Positions 49,727-59,048 are shown, counted from the stretch's first letter. The stretch: 64,000 nt of DNA from Lachnospiraceae bacterium (GCA_024696825.1 JAILGL010000004.1:23433-87432); one strand, 5' to 3'. A program made the numbers and translations. The notes: a model not told the origin generated them from the letters alone.

Positions 49727-49757
49727 AGCGCTCTTTACATAAAGAGCGCTTATTGTG
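49727..49757 (+). terminator. Candidate intrinsic terminator after the small acidic protein gene
   Basis: AGCGCTCTT (49727-49735), loop TACATA, AAGAGCGCT (49742-49750), followed by TATTGT. Confidence 0.6.
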
Positions 49758-49794
49758 GTATTTGACATATGAAAAATAAGGGAAGGAAGACATC

Positions 49795-51177
49795 ATGGAA
49801 AGAGTAAATGCCTGGAAAAATTATAAAAAATCGGAGCGTAAGGAATTAGAAAAATTATGCGCCGGATATATGGATTTTCTTTCAAATGGTAAGACTGAAA
49901 GAGAGTGTGTAAAGATTATTGAGAGCATGCTTAAAAAGGCCGGCTATGTTGATATGGAAGACTTTATCAAGAAGGGTAAGAAGCCTAAGGCTGGTGATAA
50001 AATCTATGCCATCAACATGAAGAAATCAGTAGTTGCATTTAGAATGGGCAAGAAGCCTTTAGAAGAGGGTATGAACATTTTAGGTGCTCATATTGATTCA
50101 CCAAGACTTGATATAAAGCAGAATCCTCTCTATGAGAAATCTGATTTATTATATTTGGATACCCATTATTATGGTGGTATCAAGAAATATCTCTATGTAA
50201 CACTTCCACTTGCTATTCATGGAGTAGTAGTTAAGAAGGATGGTGAGGTAGTAGATATTAATGTGGGTGAGGATGAGAAGGATCCTGTATTCTGTGTAAC
50301 AGATTTACTTATTCATCTTTCCCAGGAGAGAATGACTAAAACTGCTGCCAAGGTGGTAGAGGGCGAGAAGCTTGATATTCTCATTGGTAGTGAGCCTGTT
50401 AAGGATGAGGATAAGGACGCAGTTAAGGCTAATGTCTTAAAGCTCCTTAATGATAAATATGGCATCGAAGAGGAAGATTTCCTTTCAGCTGAGCTTGAGG
50501 TAGTACCTGCAGGCCGCGCAAGGGAGATGGGCTTCGATAGAAGTATGATTATGTCCTATGGACAGGATGACAGAGTATGTGCTTATACTTCACTTGTAGC
50601 CATGCTTGAAGAGAAAAATATTCCTGAGAAAACCTCATGTCTCTTACTTGTAGACAAGGAGGAAATCGGATCTGTAGGCGCTACAGGAATGCAGTCTAAG
50701 TTCTTTGAAAATACAGTTGCAGAGCTTATCAATCTCACTACTGATTATTCAGAATTAATCCTTAAGAGAGTTCTTAAAAACTGCAGAATGCTTTCATCAG
50801 ATGTTAGCTCTGCCTATGACCCTCTTTATGCTGAGGCCTTTGATGAGAAAAATGCAGCGCATTTTGGAAGAGGTATCGTATTCTGTAAGTTCACAGGTTC
50901 AAGAGGAAAGAGTTCATCTAATGATGCTAATGCAGAATATATGGCAGCTCTTAGAAAAATCATGGATGACAATGGAGTTTATTACCAGACAGCTGAGCTT
51001 GGAAAGGTTGATCTTGGCGGTGGCGGAACCATAGCCTATATCCTTTCACTCTATGGCATGGAGGTTATAGATTCAGGAGTTGCAGTCCTTAGTATGCATG
51101 CCCCTTGGGAAGTAACCAGTAAGGCCGATATCTACGAGGCTAAGAAGTGTTATGTGGCATTTTTAAAGGATGCTTAG
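49795..51177 (+). CDS. M18-family aminopeptidase (aminopeptidase 1 / aspartyl aminopeptidase-like)
   Basis: 460 aa. Metal-ligand motifs LGAHIDSPRLD, GQDDRVCAY, DKEEIGS, SMHAPWE. Confidence 0.85.
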   Translation: MERVNAWKNYKKSERKELEKLCAGYMDFLSNGKTERECVKIIESMLKKAGYVDMEDFIKKGKKPKAGDKIYAINMKKSVVAFRMGKKPLEEGMNILGAHIDSPRLDIKQNPLYEKSDLLYLDTHYYGGIKKYLYVTLPLAIHGVVVKKDGEVVDINVGEDEKDPVFCVTDLLIHLSQERMTKTAAKVVEGEKLDILIGSEPVKDEDKDAVKANVLKLLNDKYGIEEEDFLSAELEVVPAGRAREMGFDRSMIMSYGQDDRVCAYTSLVAMLEEKNIPEKTSCLLLVDKEEIGSVGATGMQSKFFENTVAELINLTTDYSELILKRVLKNCRMLSSDVSSAYDPLYAEAFDEKNAAHFGRGIVFCKFTGSRGKSSSNDANAEYMAALRKIMDDNGVYYQTAELGKVDLGGGGTIAYILSLYGMEVIDSGVAVLSMHAPWEVTSKADIYEAKKCYVAFLKDA

Positions 51178-51249
51178 ATAAATGTGTTATAAAGCATTTA
51201 AAGGATGCTTAATATAAAAAAAATAAATGAAAAAGTATGGAGGTTAATT

Positions 51250-52041
51250 ATGAAATATTGTCCTAATTGCGGAACACCACAGGAAGATAATGCAAGCGTA
51301 TGCAGCAATTGCCAGTTTGCATTTGTAACAACAGATCCTATGGCAGGTAGTTCTACATCAACAGATTCTATGAATAATAATCAGGGGGTTGATTCAACAT
51401 CAGGAAGTCAGCAGGCTGATAATCCATTTGCAGTTAATAATGGTCCTGATCAGAATAATACATATCAGAGTAATACAGCTGACCAGTATAATACAGGTGT
51501 TCAGAACCAGTATAATACAGGCGACCAGTATAATACAGGAAACCAGTACAATACAGGAAACCAGTATAATACAGGAGCTCAGAATCAGTACAATACAGGT
51601 AATCAGTATAATACTGGTAATCAGTACAACACAGGAAACCAGTACAACACAGGTAATCAGTATGGTGTAGGCGCACCTGCTCCTTTATACAGCGGTAACA
51701 ACTTCGGTATCGCACCAAGAAATATAGCAGTTGCTATCCTTCTTTCAATCGTTACCTGCGGTATCTATGAGATTTACTGGTTTGTTAAAATGAACGATGA
51801 GGTTAACAGACTTTCAGGTCATCCGGATGCTACCTCAGGTGTAGTTGCATTTTTACTTTCTCTTGTAACCTGCGGAATTTATTCTTTATATTGGTTATAT
51901 ATCATGGGTACAAGATGTGATGAGATGAAGGGTGAGACTAATGGAAGCAGCGGAATTCTTTATCTTGTGCTTGCACTTTTTGGTCTTGGTATCGTTAGCT
52001 GGTGTCTCATTCAGGATAATATTAACAAGGCAGTGGCTTAA
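51250..52041 (+). CDS. Zinc-ribbon / Q-N-rich hexapeptide-repeat / DUF4234 membrane protein
   Basis: ATG 51250 lies 6 nt after GGAGG. MKYCPNCGTPQEDNASVCSNCQF zinc ribbon, about 10 copies of (N)QYNTG, and a C-terminal pair of TCGIYxxYW helices (DUF4234-like). Confidence 0.8.
   Translation: MKYCPNCGTPQEDNASVCSNCQFAFVTTDPMAGSSTSTDSMNNNQGVDSTSGSQQADNPFAVNNGPDQNNTYQSNTADQYNTGVQNQYNTGDQYNTGNQYNTGNQYNTGAQNQYNTGNQYNTGNQYNTGNQYNTGNQYGVGAPAPLYSGNNFGIAPRNIAVAILLSIVTCGIYEIYWFVKMNDEVNRLSGHPDATSGVVAFLLSLVTCGIYSLYWLYIMGTRCDEMKGETNGSSGILYLVLALFGLGIVSWCLIQDNINKAVA
51481..51665 (+). repeat. In-frame 18-nt periodic coding repeat encoding (N/D)QYNTG
   Basis: About 10 units of CAGTAYAAYACNGGN, read directly. 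The units differ mainly at synonymous third positions. Confidence 0.9.
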
Positions 52042-52067
52042 ATAGTAATAGCCGTTAGAGGTGCATA

Positions 52068-52454
52068 ATGTCTTTTAAAGAAAAGGTTATTAAAACCATA
52101 AAAAAATTCCCTGAGCTGTTGGTGCTTCCGGGAGGCCTTTTATACTATCTGTGGATTAGGGTAACAGGACTTGTTATTCCCTGTGTATTCAGGCAGGTGA
52201 CAGGCTTTTATTGCCCGGGATGCGGAGTTACAAGGTTTTGTGTAAGCTGTCTCAAGGGAGATTTAAAGAGTGCATTTCATGCCCATGCATTTATCTTTGT
52301 AACTGCTCCTCTTATTGTCATAGAGATAATTTATCTGGAGTACGTTAAGATAAAGGGTAAACAGATATCCACATTTAACAATATTTTACTTGTGATATAT
52401 CTGGTAGCACTTTTGGTATTTGGTGTAGTTAGAAATGTAATGCTTTTTATGTAG
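52068..52454 (+). CDS. DUF2752 family membrane protein
   Basis: 128 aa. CVFRQVTGFYCPGCGVTRF matches the DUF2752 C..TG..CPGCG.TR signature. Confidence 0.75.
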   Translation: MSFKEKVIKTIKKFPELLVLPGGLLYYLWIRVTGLVIPCVFRQVTGFYCPGCGVTRFCVSCLKGDLKSAFHAHAFIFVTAPLIVIEIIYLEYVKIKGKQISTFNNILLVIYLVALLVFGVVRNVMLFM

Positions 52455-52527
52455 GCATTACTTAGGTCATGAATAAAAGAGGATGAAGCATCCCTTTTAG
52501 AGTTTCAAATTCGGAAAGGAAGAAACA

Positions 52528-53241
52528 ATGCAGAAGACAATACTTAAAACAGATTTAGCAAAGAATGAGTATCCGGGAAGAGGTATCATTATCGGTAAAA
52601 GCGCCGATGGAACAAAGGCTGTAACTGCTTATTTCATTATGGGAAGAAGCGAGAACAGTAGAAACCGTGTATTTAAGGAAGAGGGCGAAGGCATCAGAAC
52701 AGAAGCATTTGACCCATCTCTTCTTACAGATCCAAGCCTTATAATCTATGCTCCAGTAAGAGTTCTTGGTAATGACACCATAGTAACTAATGGAGATCAG
52801 ACAGATACTGTTTATGATTTTATCAAGGATGGAAAGACCTTCGAGGAGGCTCTTCGTACTAGAGAATTTGAGCCGGATGCACCTAACTATACACCACGTA
52901 TTTCAGGTATTATGCATATTGAAGGTGGCAAGTTCACATATAAAATGTCTATTTTAAAAAGTGATAATGGTAATGGTGAGAGCTGTAACAGATATACCTA
53001 TGAATATCTTGAGCCTGTTAATGGCGAGGGAAGATTCATTCATACATACATGGGAGACGGTAATCCACTTCCTTCCTTCGAGGGAGAGCCTGAGTGGGTT
53101 GATATCCCTGATGATATCGAAGCATTTACAAATCTCTTATGGGAGAATTTAAATGCAGATAACAAGGTTTCACTTTTCGTAAGATATATCGATATCGCTA
53201 CAGGAAAGTATGAGACTAAGATTGTTAACAAGAACAAATAA
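52528..53241 (+). CDS. IMP cyclohydrolase, PurO-like (non-PurH type)
   Basis: 237 aa. NEYPGRGIIIGKSADGTKAVTAYFIMGRSENSRNRVF resembles the archaeal-type IMP cyclohydrolase family. It sits directly upstream of an AICAR-transformylase-only gene. Confidence 0.75.
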   Translation: MQKTILKTDLAKNEYPGRGIIIGKSADGTKAVTAYFIMGRSENSRNRVFKEEGEGIRTEAFDPSLLTDPSLIIYAPVRVLGNDTIVTNGDQTDTVYDFIKDGKTFEEALRTREFEPDAPNYTPRISGIMHIEGGKFTYKMSILKSDNGNGESCNRYTYEYLEPVNGEGRFIHTYMGDGNPLPSFEGEPEWVDIPDDIEAFTNLLWENLNADNKVSLFVRYIDIATGKYETKIVNKNK

Positions 53242-53291
53242 TTAGTTTTTATCATTATATTTGTATATTTAAAATGGAGGTAATATTAACG

Positions 53292-54470
53292 ATGAAAGAG
53301 TTAGAATTAAAATACGGATGTAACCCTAATCAGAAGCCATCAAGAATATTTATGGAGGAAGGGGAATTACCTATCAAGGTTTTAAATGGTAAGCCGGGAT
53401 ATATCAATTTCCTCGATGCATTTAACGGATGGCAGCTTGTTTCAGAATTAAAGAAGGCTACAGGTTATCCTGCAGCTACTTCATTTAAGCATGTTTCACC
53501 AGCAGGTGCAGCTATAGGACTTCCTCTTTCTGAGGTTGAGTCTAAGATTTACTGGGTTGATGACCTTGGAGAGTTATCACCACTTGCAGCAGCTTATGCA
53601 AGAGCAAGAGGTGCAGACAGAATGTCTTCTTATGGTGATTTCATCGCACTTTCAGATGTTTGTGATGTATCAGCAGCTAAGATTATTAAGAGAGAATTCT
53701 CAGATGGTATTATCGCTCCAGGCTATGAGCCGGAGGCACTCGAACTCCTTAAGGAGAAGAAGAAGGGTGCATATGCAATCATTGAGATTGATCCTAATTA
53801 TGTACCTAAGAAGCTTGAGAGAAAAGAAGTATTTGGTATTACCTTCGAGCAGGGTAGAAATGAGTTAAATATAGATGATGATTTCTTTAGTAACATTGTT
53901 ACTGAGAATAAGGATCTTCCAGAGCTTGCTAAGTTCGATATGTCTATAGCAATGATTACTCTTAAGTATACACAGTCTAACTCTGTATGCTTCGTAAAGG
54001 GTGGACAGGCTATCGGTATCGGAGCAGGACAGCAGTCAAGAATTCATTGTACACGTCTTGCAGGTTCTAAGGCAGATAAGTGGTTCCTTCGTCAGTGTCC
54101 AAAGGTTCTTAACCTTCCATTCAAGGAGGACATGAAGAGAGCTAACAGAGATAATGCCATTGATTTATATACAGGCGAGGATTACATGGATGTACTTGCT
54201 GACGGCAAGTGGGAGAACTACTTCACTTCAAAGCCTGAGGTATTTACAGAGGAAGAGAAGGCTGCATGGTTAAAGGAAGCAGCACATGATGTAACCTGCG
54301 GTTCAGATGCATTCTTCCCATTTGACGATAATGTAGACAGAGCTTACAGAAGTGGTGCTAAGTATATCGCACAGCCAGGTGGTTCTATCCGTGATCAGGA
54401 TGTTATCGATGCCTGCAACAAGTATGGAATGGTAATGAGCTTCACAGGCTTAAGATTATTCCATCACTAA
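53292..54470 (+). CDS. AICAR formyltransferase (PurH C-terminal domain only, no MGS/cyclohydrolase domain)
   Basis: LKYGCNPNQ, SFKHVSPAG (Lys-His catalytic pair) and AQPGGSIRD. Start is ATG 53292 (GGAGG 11 nt upstream) or ATG 53274. Confidence 0.85.
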   Translation: MKELELKYGCNPNQKPSRIFMEEGELPIKVLNGKPGYINFLDAFNGWQLVSELKKATGYPAATSFKHVSPAGAAIGLPLSEVESKIYWVDDLGELSPLAAAYARARGADRMSSYGDFIALSDVCDVSAAKIIKREFSDGIIAPGYEPEALELLKEKKKGAYAIIEIDPNYVPKKLERKEVFGITFEQGRNELNIDDDFFSNIVTENKDLPELAKFDMSIAMITLKYTQSNSVCFVKGGQAIGIGAGQQSRIHCTRLAGSKADKWFLRQCPKVLNLPFKEDMKRANRDNAIDLYTGEDYMDVLADGKWENYFTSKPEVFTEEEKAAWLKEAAHDVTCGSDAFFPFDDNVDRAYRSGAKYIAQPGGSIRDQDVIDACNKYGMVMSFTGLRLFHH

Positions 54471-54511
54471 TTAAAATCATTTTTTAAATATTTGAAAATG
54501 GAAGGACAACT

Positions 54512-55591
54512 ATGATTTTTAATATGCCTGTAAAGGTTTATCAGGAAAAGGATGCAGTTTTAAACAGAAGAGAAGAGATTTCAGCCCTTGGCTCAAAAGC
54601 TATGATAGTTACGGGAAAGAATTCCTCTAAGAAAAATGGTTCTCTTTCTGATTTGACCGATGCATTGGATAAAACCGGCGTAAGCTATGTGATATTTGAT
54701 GACATTGAGGAAAATCCTTCTGTAGAAACTGTTATGAAGGCTAGAGAAATAGGCGTTAATGAGGGCGTGGATTTTTGTATAGGTCTTGGTGGAGGTTCTC
54801 CATTAGACGCTGCAAAGGCCATCGCGCTTATGATTAAGAATAAGGATAAGGGCTGGGAATACATGTATGATAAAAGCCAGGGAACTAGCTTTATCCCTGT
54901 GGCTTGCATCCCAACCACCTGTGGTACAGGTTCAGAGGTTACTGGAGTTTCTGTTATAACCAGAAAAGAGTTAGAGACTAAAATGAGTCTTCCTCACAGA
55001 ATCTTTCCAAGCCTTGCTCTTGTAGACGGTAAATACCTCTATAGCTGTCCAAGAAGTGTTATAGCAAACACGGCCATGGATGCACTTGCACATATGTATG
55101 AAAGCTATATTAATAAGGCCAGCACACCTTATTCAGAAATGTTTGTAAATCAGGGCATAACTCTTTGGAGTAAGGAAAAAGACATTCTTACAGGGGTTAG
55201 AGAGGGTGAGCCTTGTGATTATGATAATCTTCTTACAGCCTCAACTCTTGCAGGTATGGCTATAGCTCATACAGGCACAAGTCTTCCTCATGGCTTAAGC
55301 TACAACATTACCATAGCTCTTAATGTAAGACATGGTGTGGCAGTTAGTTTATTCCAGGCAGGCTTTATGGAGCAGGCGCCTAAGGAAATGAGAGAGCATT
55401 TACTTAAGCTTTCGGGCTTTAAAAATACAGATGAATTCATTTCGTTTTTTAATGAGGTATGTGCTCCACCGGAGATTCCTAAGGAGTATAAGGAAGCTGC
55501 AGCTTTAGCTATGTTTCAGAAAAAAGAAAAGCTTATGCAGGTGCCATATGAGGTAACAGAGGAAACTCTTAGAAAAATTGTATTTAGATAA
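54512..55591 (+). CDS. Iron-containing (group III) alcohol dehydrogenase family protein
   Basis: 359 aa. GLGGGSPLDAAK nucleotide loop and metal ligands in MDALAHMYE and LPHGLSY. Confidence 0.85.
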   Translation: MIFNMPVKVYQEKDAVLNRREEISALGSKAMIVTGKNSSKKNGSLSDLTDALDKTGVSYVIFDDIEENPSVETVMKAREIGVNEGVDFCIGLGGGSPLDAAKAIALMIKNKDKGWEYMYDKSQGTSFIPVACIPTTCGTGSEVTGVSVITRKELETKMSLPHRIFPSLALVDGKYLYSCPRSVIANTAMDALAHMYESYINKASTPYSEMFVNQGITLWSKEKDILTGVREGEPCDYDNLLTASTLAGMAIAHTGTSLPHGLSYNITIALNVRHGVAVSLFQAGFMEQAPKEMREHLLKLSGFKNTDEFISFFNEVCAPPEIPKEYKEAAALAMFQKKEKLMQVPYEVTEETLRKIVFR

Positions 55592-55647
55592 ATGTATCAG
55601 ATAATTAAACTTGATTAATGTATTTAAACAAATGGAGGTATTTTATT

Positions 55648-56286
55648 ATGGAAATTAAGTCAGTATTTGATGAAGAATTTAAAACTTATGGAAGAGTAGT
55701 TTCAGATTATGATTTTGCAGAGCTTTTAAAGACATTAGAGGAAGTTTCTCCAAAGCCAATGGATTCAGTGGTTTATGTTCCTGGTGATGAGAAGCTTGAG
55801 TGTCTTCCAATCTATGAAACCTTAAAGAATAATGTATATGGTGGAATGCCTATTCAGATAGGTTATTGCAATGGTTTTAACACAAAGCTTAACTGCTATG
55901 AGTATCATAGAGATTCAGAGATTGATATTGCAGCAGATGATTGTATCTTACTTGTTGCAAGACAGCAGGAGATTGTGGATGGCAAGATTGATGCTTCATG
56001 CACCAAGGCATTTAAATGTCCTAAGGGTGTAGGCGTAGAATTATATGCTACAACTCTTCACTATGCACCATGTAGTGCAGCTAAGGATCAGGGCTTTAGA
56101 GTTATCATAGTTCTCCCTAAGGGAACTAACCTTGATAAGCCTGCCATTAAGGAAATCAATCCTGAGGATAAGTATCTCTGGGCAGCTAATAAGTGGCTTC
56201 TTGCTCATGCTGATTCAGCTGAGGCTAAGGACGGAGCACAGGTTAGCATAACCGGTGAGAACGTTGACATCATTGATTTACTGTAG
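55648..56286 (+). CDS. DUF4867 family protein
   Basis: 212 aa starting from ATG 55648 (GGAGG 8 nt upstream). The family assignment is from memory of the N-terminal pattern (...FKTYGRVV..YDF.EL...). Confidence 0.6.
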   Translation: MEIKSVFDEEFKTYGRVVSDYDFAELLKTLEEVSPKPMDSVVYVPGDEKLECLPIYETLKNNVYGGMPIQIGYCNGFNTKLNCYEYHRDSEIDIAADDCILLVARQQEIVDGKIDASCTKAFKCPKGVGVELYATTLHYAPCSAAKDQGFRVIIVLPKGTNLDKPAIKEINPEDKYLWAANKWLLAHADSAEAKDGAQVSITGENVDIIDLL

Positions 56287-56308
56287 TAGATTAGAGAGGA
56301 TTTTTTAG

Positions 56309-57352
56309 GTGGTTATGAATAATAATGTATGGCTGGTTGTGCCGTGTTACAAGGAAGAGGAGGTGCTTCCGGAGACATCCACGAGACTTAAATCCATTAT
56401 GGAGGATATGATTATTCGTGGAAAGATTTCTGAGAGCAGTAAAATCTGTTTTGTAAATGACGGTTCATCCGATAAAACATGGGAGATTATAACTTCTCTT
56501 TGTGAGGACAATTCAATATTTACCGGAGTTAATCTCGCTCATAATAAAGGTCATCAGAATGCACTTCTTGCAGGTCTTATGGTGGCAAGAAAATATGCAG
56601 ATGCGGCTATAAGCTTAGATGCGGATTTACAGGATGACGTAGCTGCCATAGAGCAGTTCGTGGATAAATTCTTAGAGGGCAAGGATATAGTTTATGGTGT
56701 CAGATCTACAAGAGAAACTGATACTGTATTCAAAAGATCCACAGCCAGAGCATTTTACAAGCTTATGAACTTTATGGGTGCTAATACCTTAGAGGATCAT
56801 GCCGATTACAGACTTATGAGTAAGAGAGCTCTTGATGCCTTAAGTGAATATAAAGAGGTTAATCTTTTCCTTAGAGGTATCGTGCCTATGATAGGCTTTG
56901 AAACCGATATTGTTTACTATGAGAGACATGAAAGATTTGCAGGAGAATCCAAGTATCCTCTTAAGAAGATGCTTTCCTTTGCAATCGACGGAATAACCTC
57001 CTGTAGTGTTAAGCCTATAAGAATGATTACCTCAGTGGGTCTTCTTATGTTTACCATAAGTATTATACTTCTTATCTACTTTTTTGTTATATTTTTAATT
57101 GGTCATACCGTAGCAGGATGGACCACCATAGTTATATCTCTCTGGGGCATTGGAGGTATTATACTTCTTGCTCTTGGAGTTATAGGAGAGTATGTTGGAA
57201 AGATATATATGGAGGTTAAGGAAAGACCTCGCTATATCATAGAAAGCGTACTTTACGAGGGTGAAGCTTATCTTGGCGGTAAGAAAATGAAATATAAAAC
57301 CTCTTCTGAAGGTAAGAGTAAAAAGGATAAAAAGAAGAGTAAAGAAAAGTAA
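56309..57352 (+). CDS. Family 2 glycosyltransferase, GtrB/bactoprenol-glucosyltransferase-like, with two C-terminal TM helices
   Basis: VVPCYKEEE, VNDGSSDKT, LDADLQDD (DxD), YRLMSKRA, and GEYVGKIYMEVKERPRYII. Lys-rich tail. The start is GTG 56309 or ATG 56315. Confidence 0.85.
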   Translation: MVMNNNVWLVVPCYKEEEVLPETSTRLKSIMEDMIIRGKISESSKICFVNDGSSDKTWEIITSLCEDNSIFTGVNLAHNKGHQNALLAGLMVARKYADAAISLDADLQDDVAAIEQFVDKFLEGKDIVYGVRSTRETDTVFKRSTARAFYKLMNFMGANTLEDHADYRLMSKRALDALSEYKEVNLFLRGIVPMIGFETDIVYYERHERFAGESKYPLKKMLSFAIDGITSCSVKPIRMITSVGLLMFTISIILLIYFFVIFLIGHTVAGWTTIVISLWGIGGIILLALGVIGEYVGKIYMEVKERPRYIIESVLYEGEAYLGGKKMKYKTSSEGKSKKDKKKSKEK

Positions 57353-57416
57353 AAAATGTAAATAAAAGAGTGAAGAAAAAACAAAAATAATAATTGAAAG
57401 TTAGAGGATTTTTTAA

Positions 57417-59048
57417 ATGATTCAGGCAAGTAATATAACCTTAAGACTCGGAAAAAAAGCTTTATTCGAGGATGTTAACATCAAATTTATCGAGGGTAAC
57501 TGTTATGGACTTATAGGTGCTAATGGTGCCGGTAAGTCAACATTTCTAAAGATACTTACAGGTGAGATAGAACCAAGTAAGGGTGAGATTATAGTTACTC
57601 CCGGCCAGCGAATAAGCTTCCTTAAGCAGGACCATTTCCAGTATGATGAGTACAGTGTTTTAGATACTGTAATTATGGGAAATGAGCGTCTTTACCAGAT
57701 TATGAAGGAAAAGGATGCTATCTATGCAAAGGAAGATTTTTCTGAGGAAGATGGAATAAGAGCAAGTGAGCTTGAGGGCGAGTTCGCTGATATGAACGGA
57801 TGGGAAGCAGAGTCAGATGCAGCAACCCTTCTCAACGGACTTGGTATAGAACCGGCACTTCACTATTCTCTTATGAAGGACCTTCCTGCAAGTGACAAGG
57901 TTAAGGTACTTCTTGCACAGGCTCTTTTTGGAAATCCTGACATTCTTCTTTTGGACGAGCCTACAAACCACCTTGACTTAGACGCTATTATGTGGTTTGA
58001 GGAGTTCTTAATTAATTTTGATAATACAGTAATTGTCGTATCCCACGACAGATATTTCTTAAATAAGGTCTGCACACAGATTGCTGATATTGACTATGCT
58101 AAGATTCAGCTCTATGCAGGTAACTATGATTTCTGGTATGAGTCCAGTCAGCTTATGATTAAGCAGATGAAGGAAGCTAACAAGAAGAAGGAAGAGAAGA
58201 TCAAGGAATTACAGGAATTCATCCAGAGATTCTCTGCTAACGCTTCTAAGTCTAAGCAGGCTACCAGTAGAAAGAGAGCTCTTGAAAAAATAGAGTTAGA
58301 TGACATTAAACCATCATCAAGAAAGTATCCATACATTGATTTCAGACCTAATAGAGAGATTGGAAATGAGGTTCTTACAGTTGAACACATTTCTAAGACT
58401 ATCGATGGCGTAAAGGTACTTGATGATATTTCATTTATAGTTGGAAGAGAAGATAAGATTGCATTTGTAGGAAGTAATACCATTGCCTCCACAACTCTTT
58501 TCAAGATTCTTGCAGGAGAGATGGAGCCTGATGAAGGTTCTTATAAATGGGGCGTTACAACCTCACTTTCTTATTTCCCTAAGGATAATACTGAACTCTT
58601 TGATTCAGACGATACTATCGTGGACTGGCTTATGCCATTCTCACCTGAAAAGGATCCTACCTATGTTCGTGGATTCCTTGGAAGAATGCTTTTCCCAGGT
58701 GAAGACGGTGTTAAGAAGGTTAGAGTTCTTTCCGGAGGAGAGAAGGTTAGAGTTATGCTTTCTAAGATGATGATTCTCGGTTCTAACGTGCTTATTATGG
58801 ATGAGCCTACACCTCACCTTGATATGGAGTCTATTACAGCCCTTAACAATGGAGTTATTAAATTCCCGGGCGTAGTAATGTTTACTTCACAGGATCATCA
58901 GTTTATTCAGACAATTGCCAACAGAATAATAGAGATTACACCAGGTGGACTTATTGATAAGGTTTCTACCTACGACGAATATCTTGAAAATGATGAGATG
59001 GCCAGAAAGAGACAGATTCTTTCTGTTCAGGCTGAGGAAGATGACTAG
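57417..59048 (+). CDS. ABC-F family ATPase (YbiT/YkpA-like size class), no TMD
   Basis: 543 aa with two NBDs joined by a Lys/Glu-rich linker containing RFSANASKSKQATSRKR. NBD1 P-loop GANGAGKST. The NBD2 P-loop is degenerate (see findings). Confidence 0.85.
   Translation: MIQASNITLRLGKKALFEDVNIKFIEGNCYGLIGANGAGKSTFLKILTGEIEPSKGEIIVTPGQRISFLKQDHFQYDEYSVLDTVIMGNERLYQIMKEKDAIYAKEDFSEEDGIRASELEGEFADMNGWEAESDAATLLNGLGIEPALHYSLMKDLPASDKVKVLLAQALFGNPDILLLDEPTNHLDLDAIMWFEEFLINFDNTVIVVSHDRYFLNKVCTQIADIDYAKIQLYAGNYDFWYESSQLMIKQMKEANKKKEEKIKELQEFIQRFSANASKSKQATSRKRALEKIELDDIKPSSRKYPYIDFRPNREIGNEVLTVEHISKTIDGVKVLDDISFIVGREDKIAFVGSNTIASTTLFKILAGEMEPDEGSYKWGVTTSLSYFPKDNTELFDSDDTIVDWLMPFSPEKDPTYVRGFLGRMLFPGEDGVKKVRVLSGGEKVRVMLSKMMILGSNVLIMDEPTPHLDMESITALNNGVIKFPGVVMFTSQDHQFIQTIANRIIEITPGGLIDKVSTYDEYLENDEMARKRQILSVQAEEDD

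Noticed and set aside
49514-49765. 83-aa +2-frame ORF over the acidic-repeat gene. Also the 93-aa (51389-51670, +) and 94-aa (51434-51718, -) ORFs over the QYNTG repeat.
   Set aside because: These are artefacts of periodic repeats that stay open in several frames. The frames with an SD, a TM segment and recognisable domains are the ones reported as features.
51481-51665. A regularly spaced 18-nt repeat that could superficially resemble a CRISPR-like or VNTR array.
   Set aside because: The units are contiguous with no spacers, are in frame within a coding sequence, and vary at synonymous sites. There are no cas genes in the window.
52455-52527. Looked for a ZTP (pfl) riboswitch ahead of the purO/purH-like genes, and for a purine riboswitch ahead of purB.
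   Set aside because: The leader is only 73 nt and mainly contains the terminator-like hairpin of the upstream gene. Neither leader shows the conserved cores I remember for these riboswitches. This was by eye only and is not a covariance-model search.
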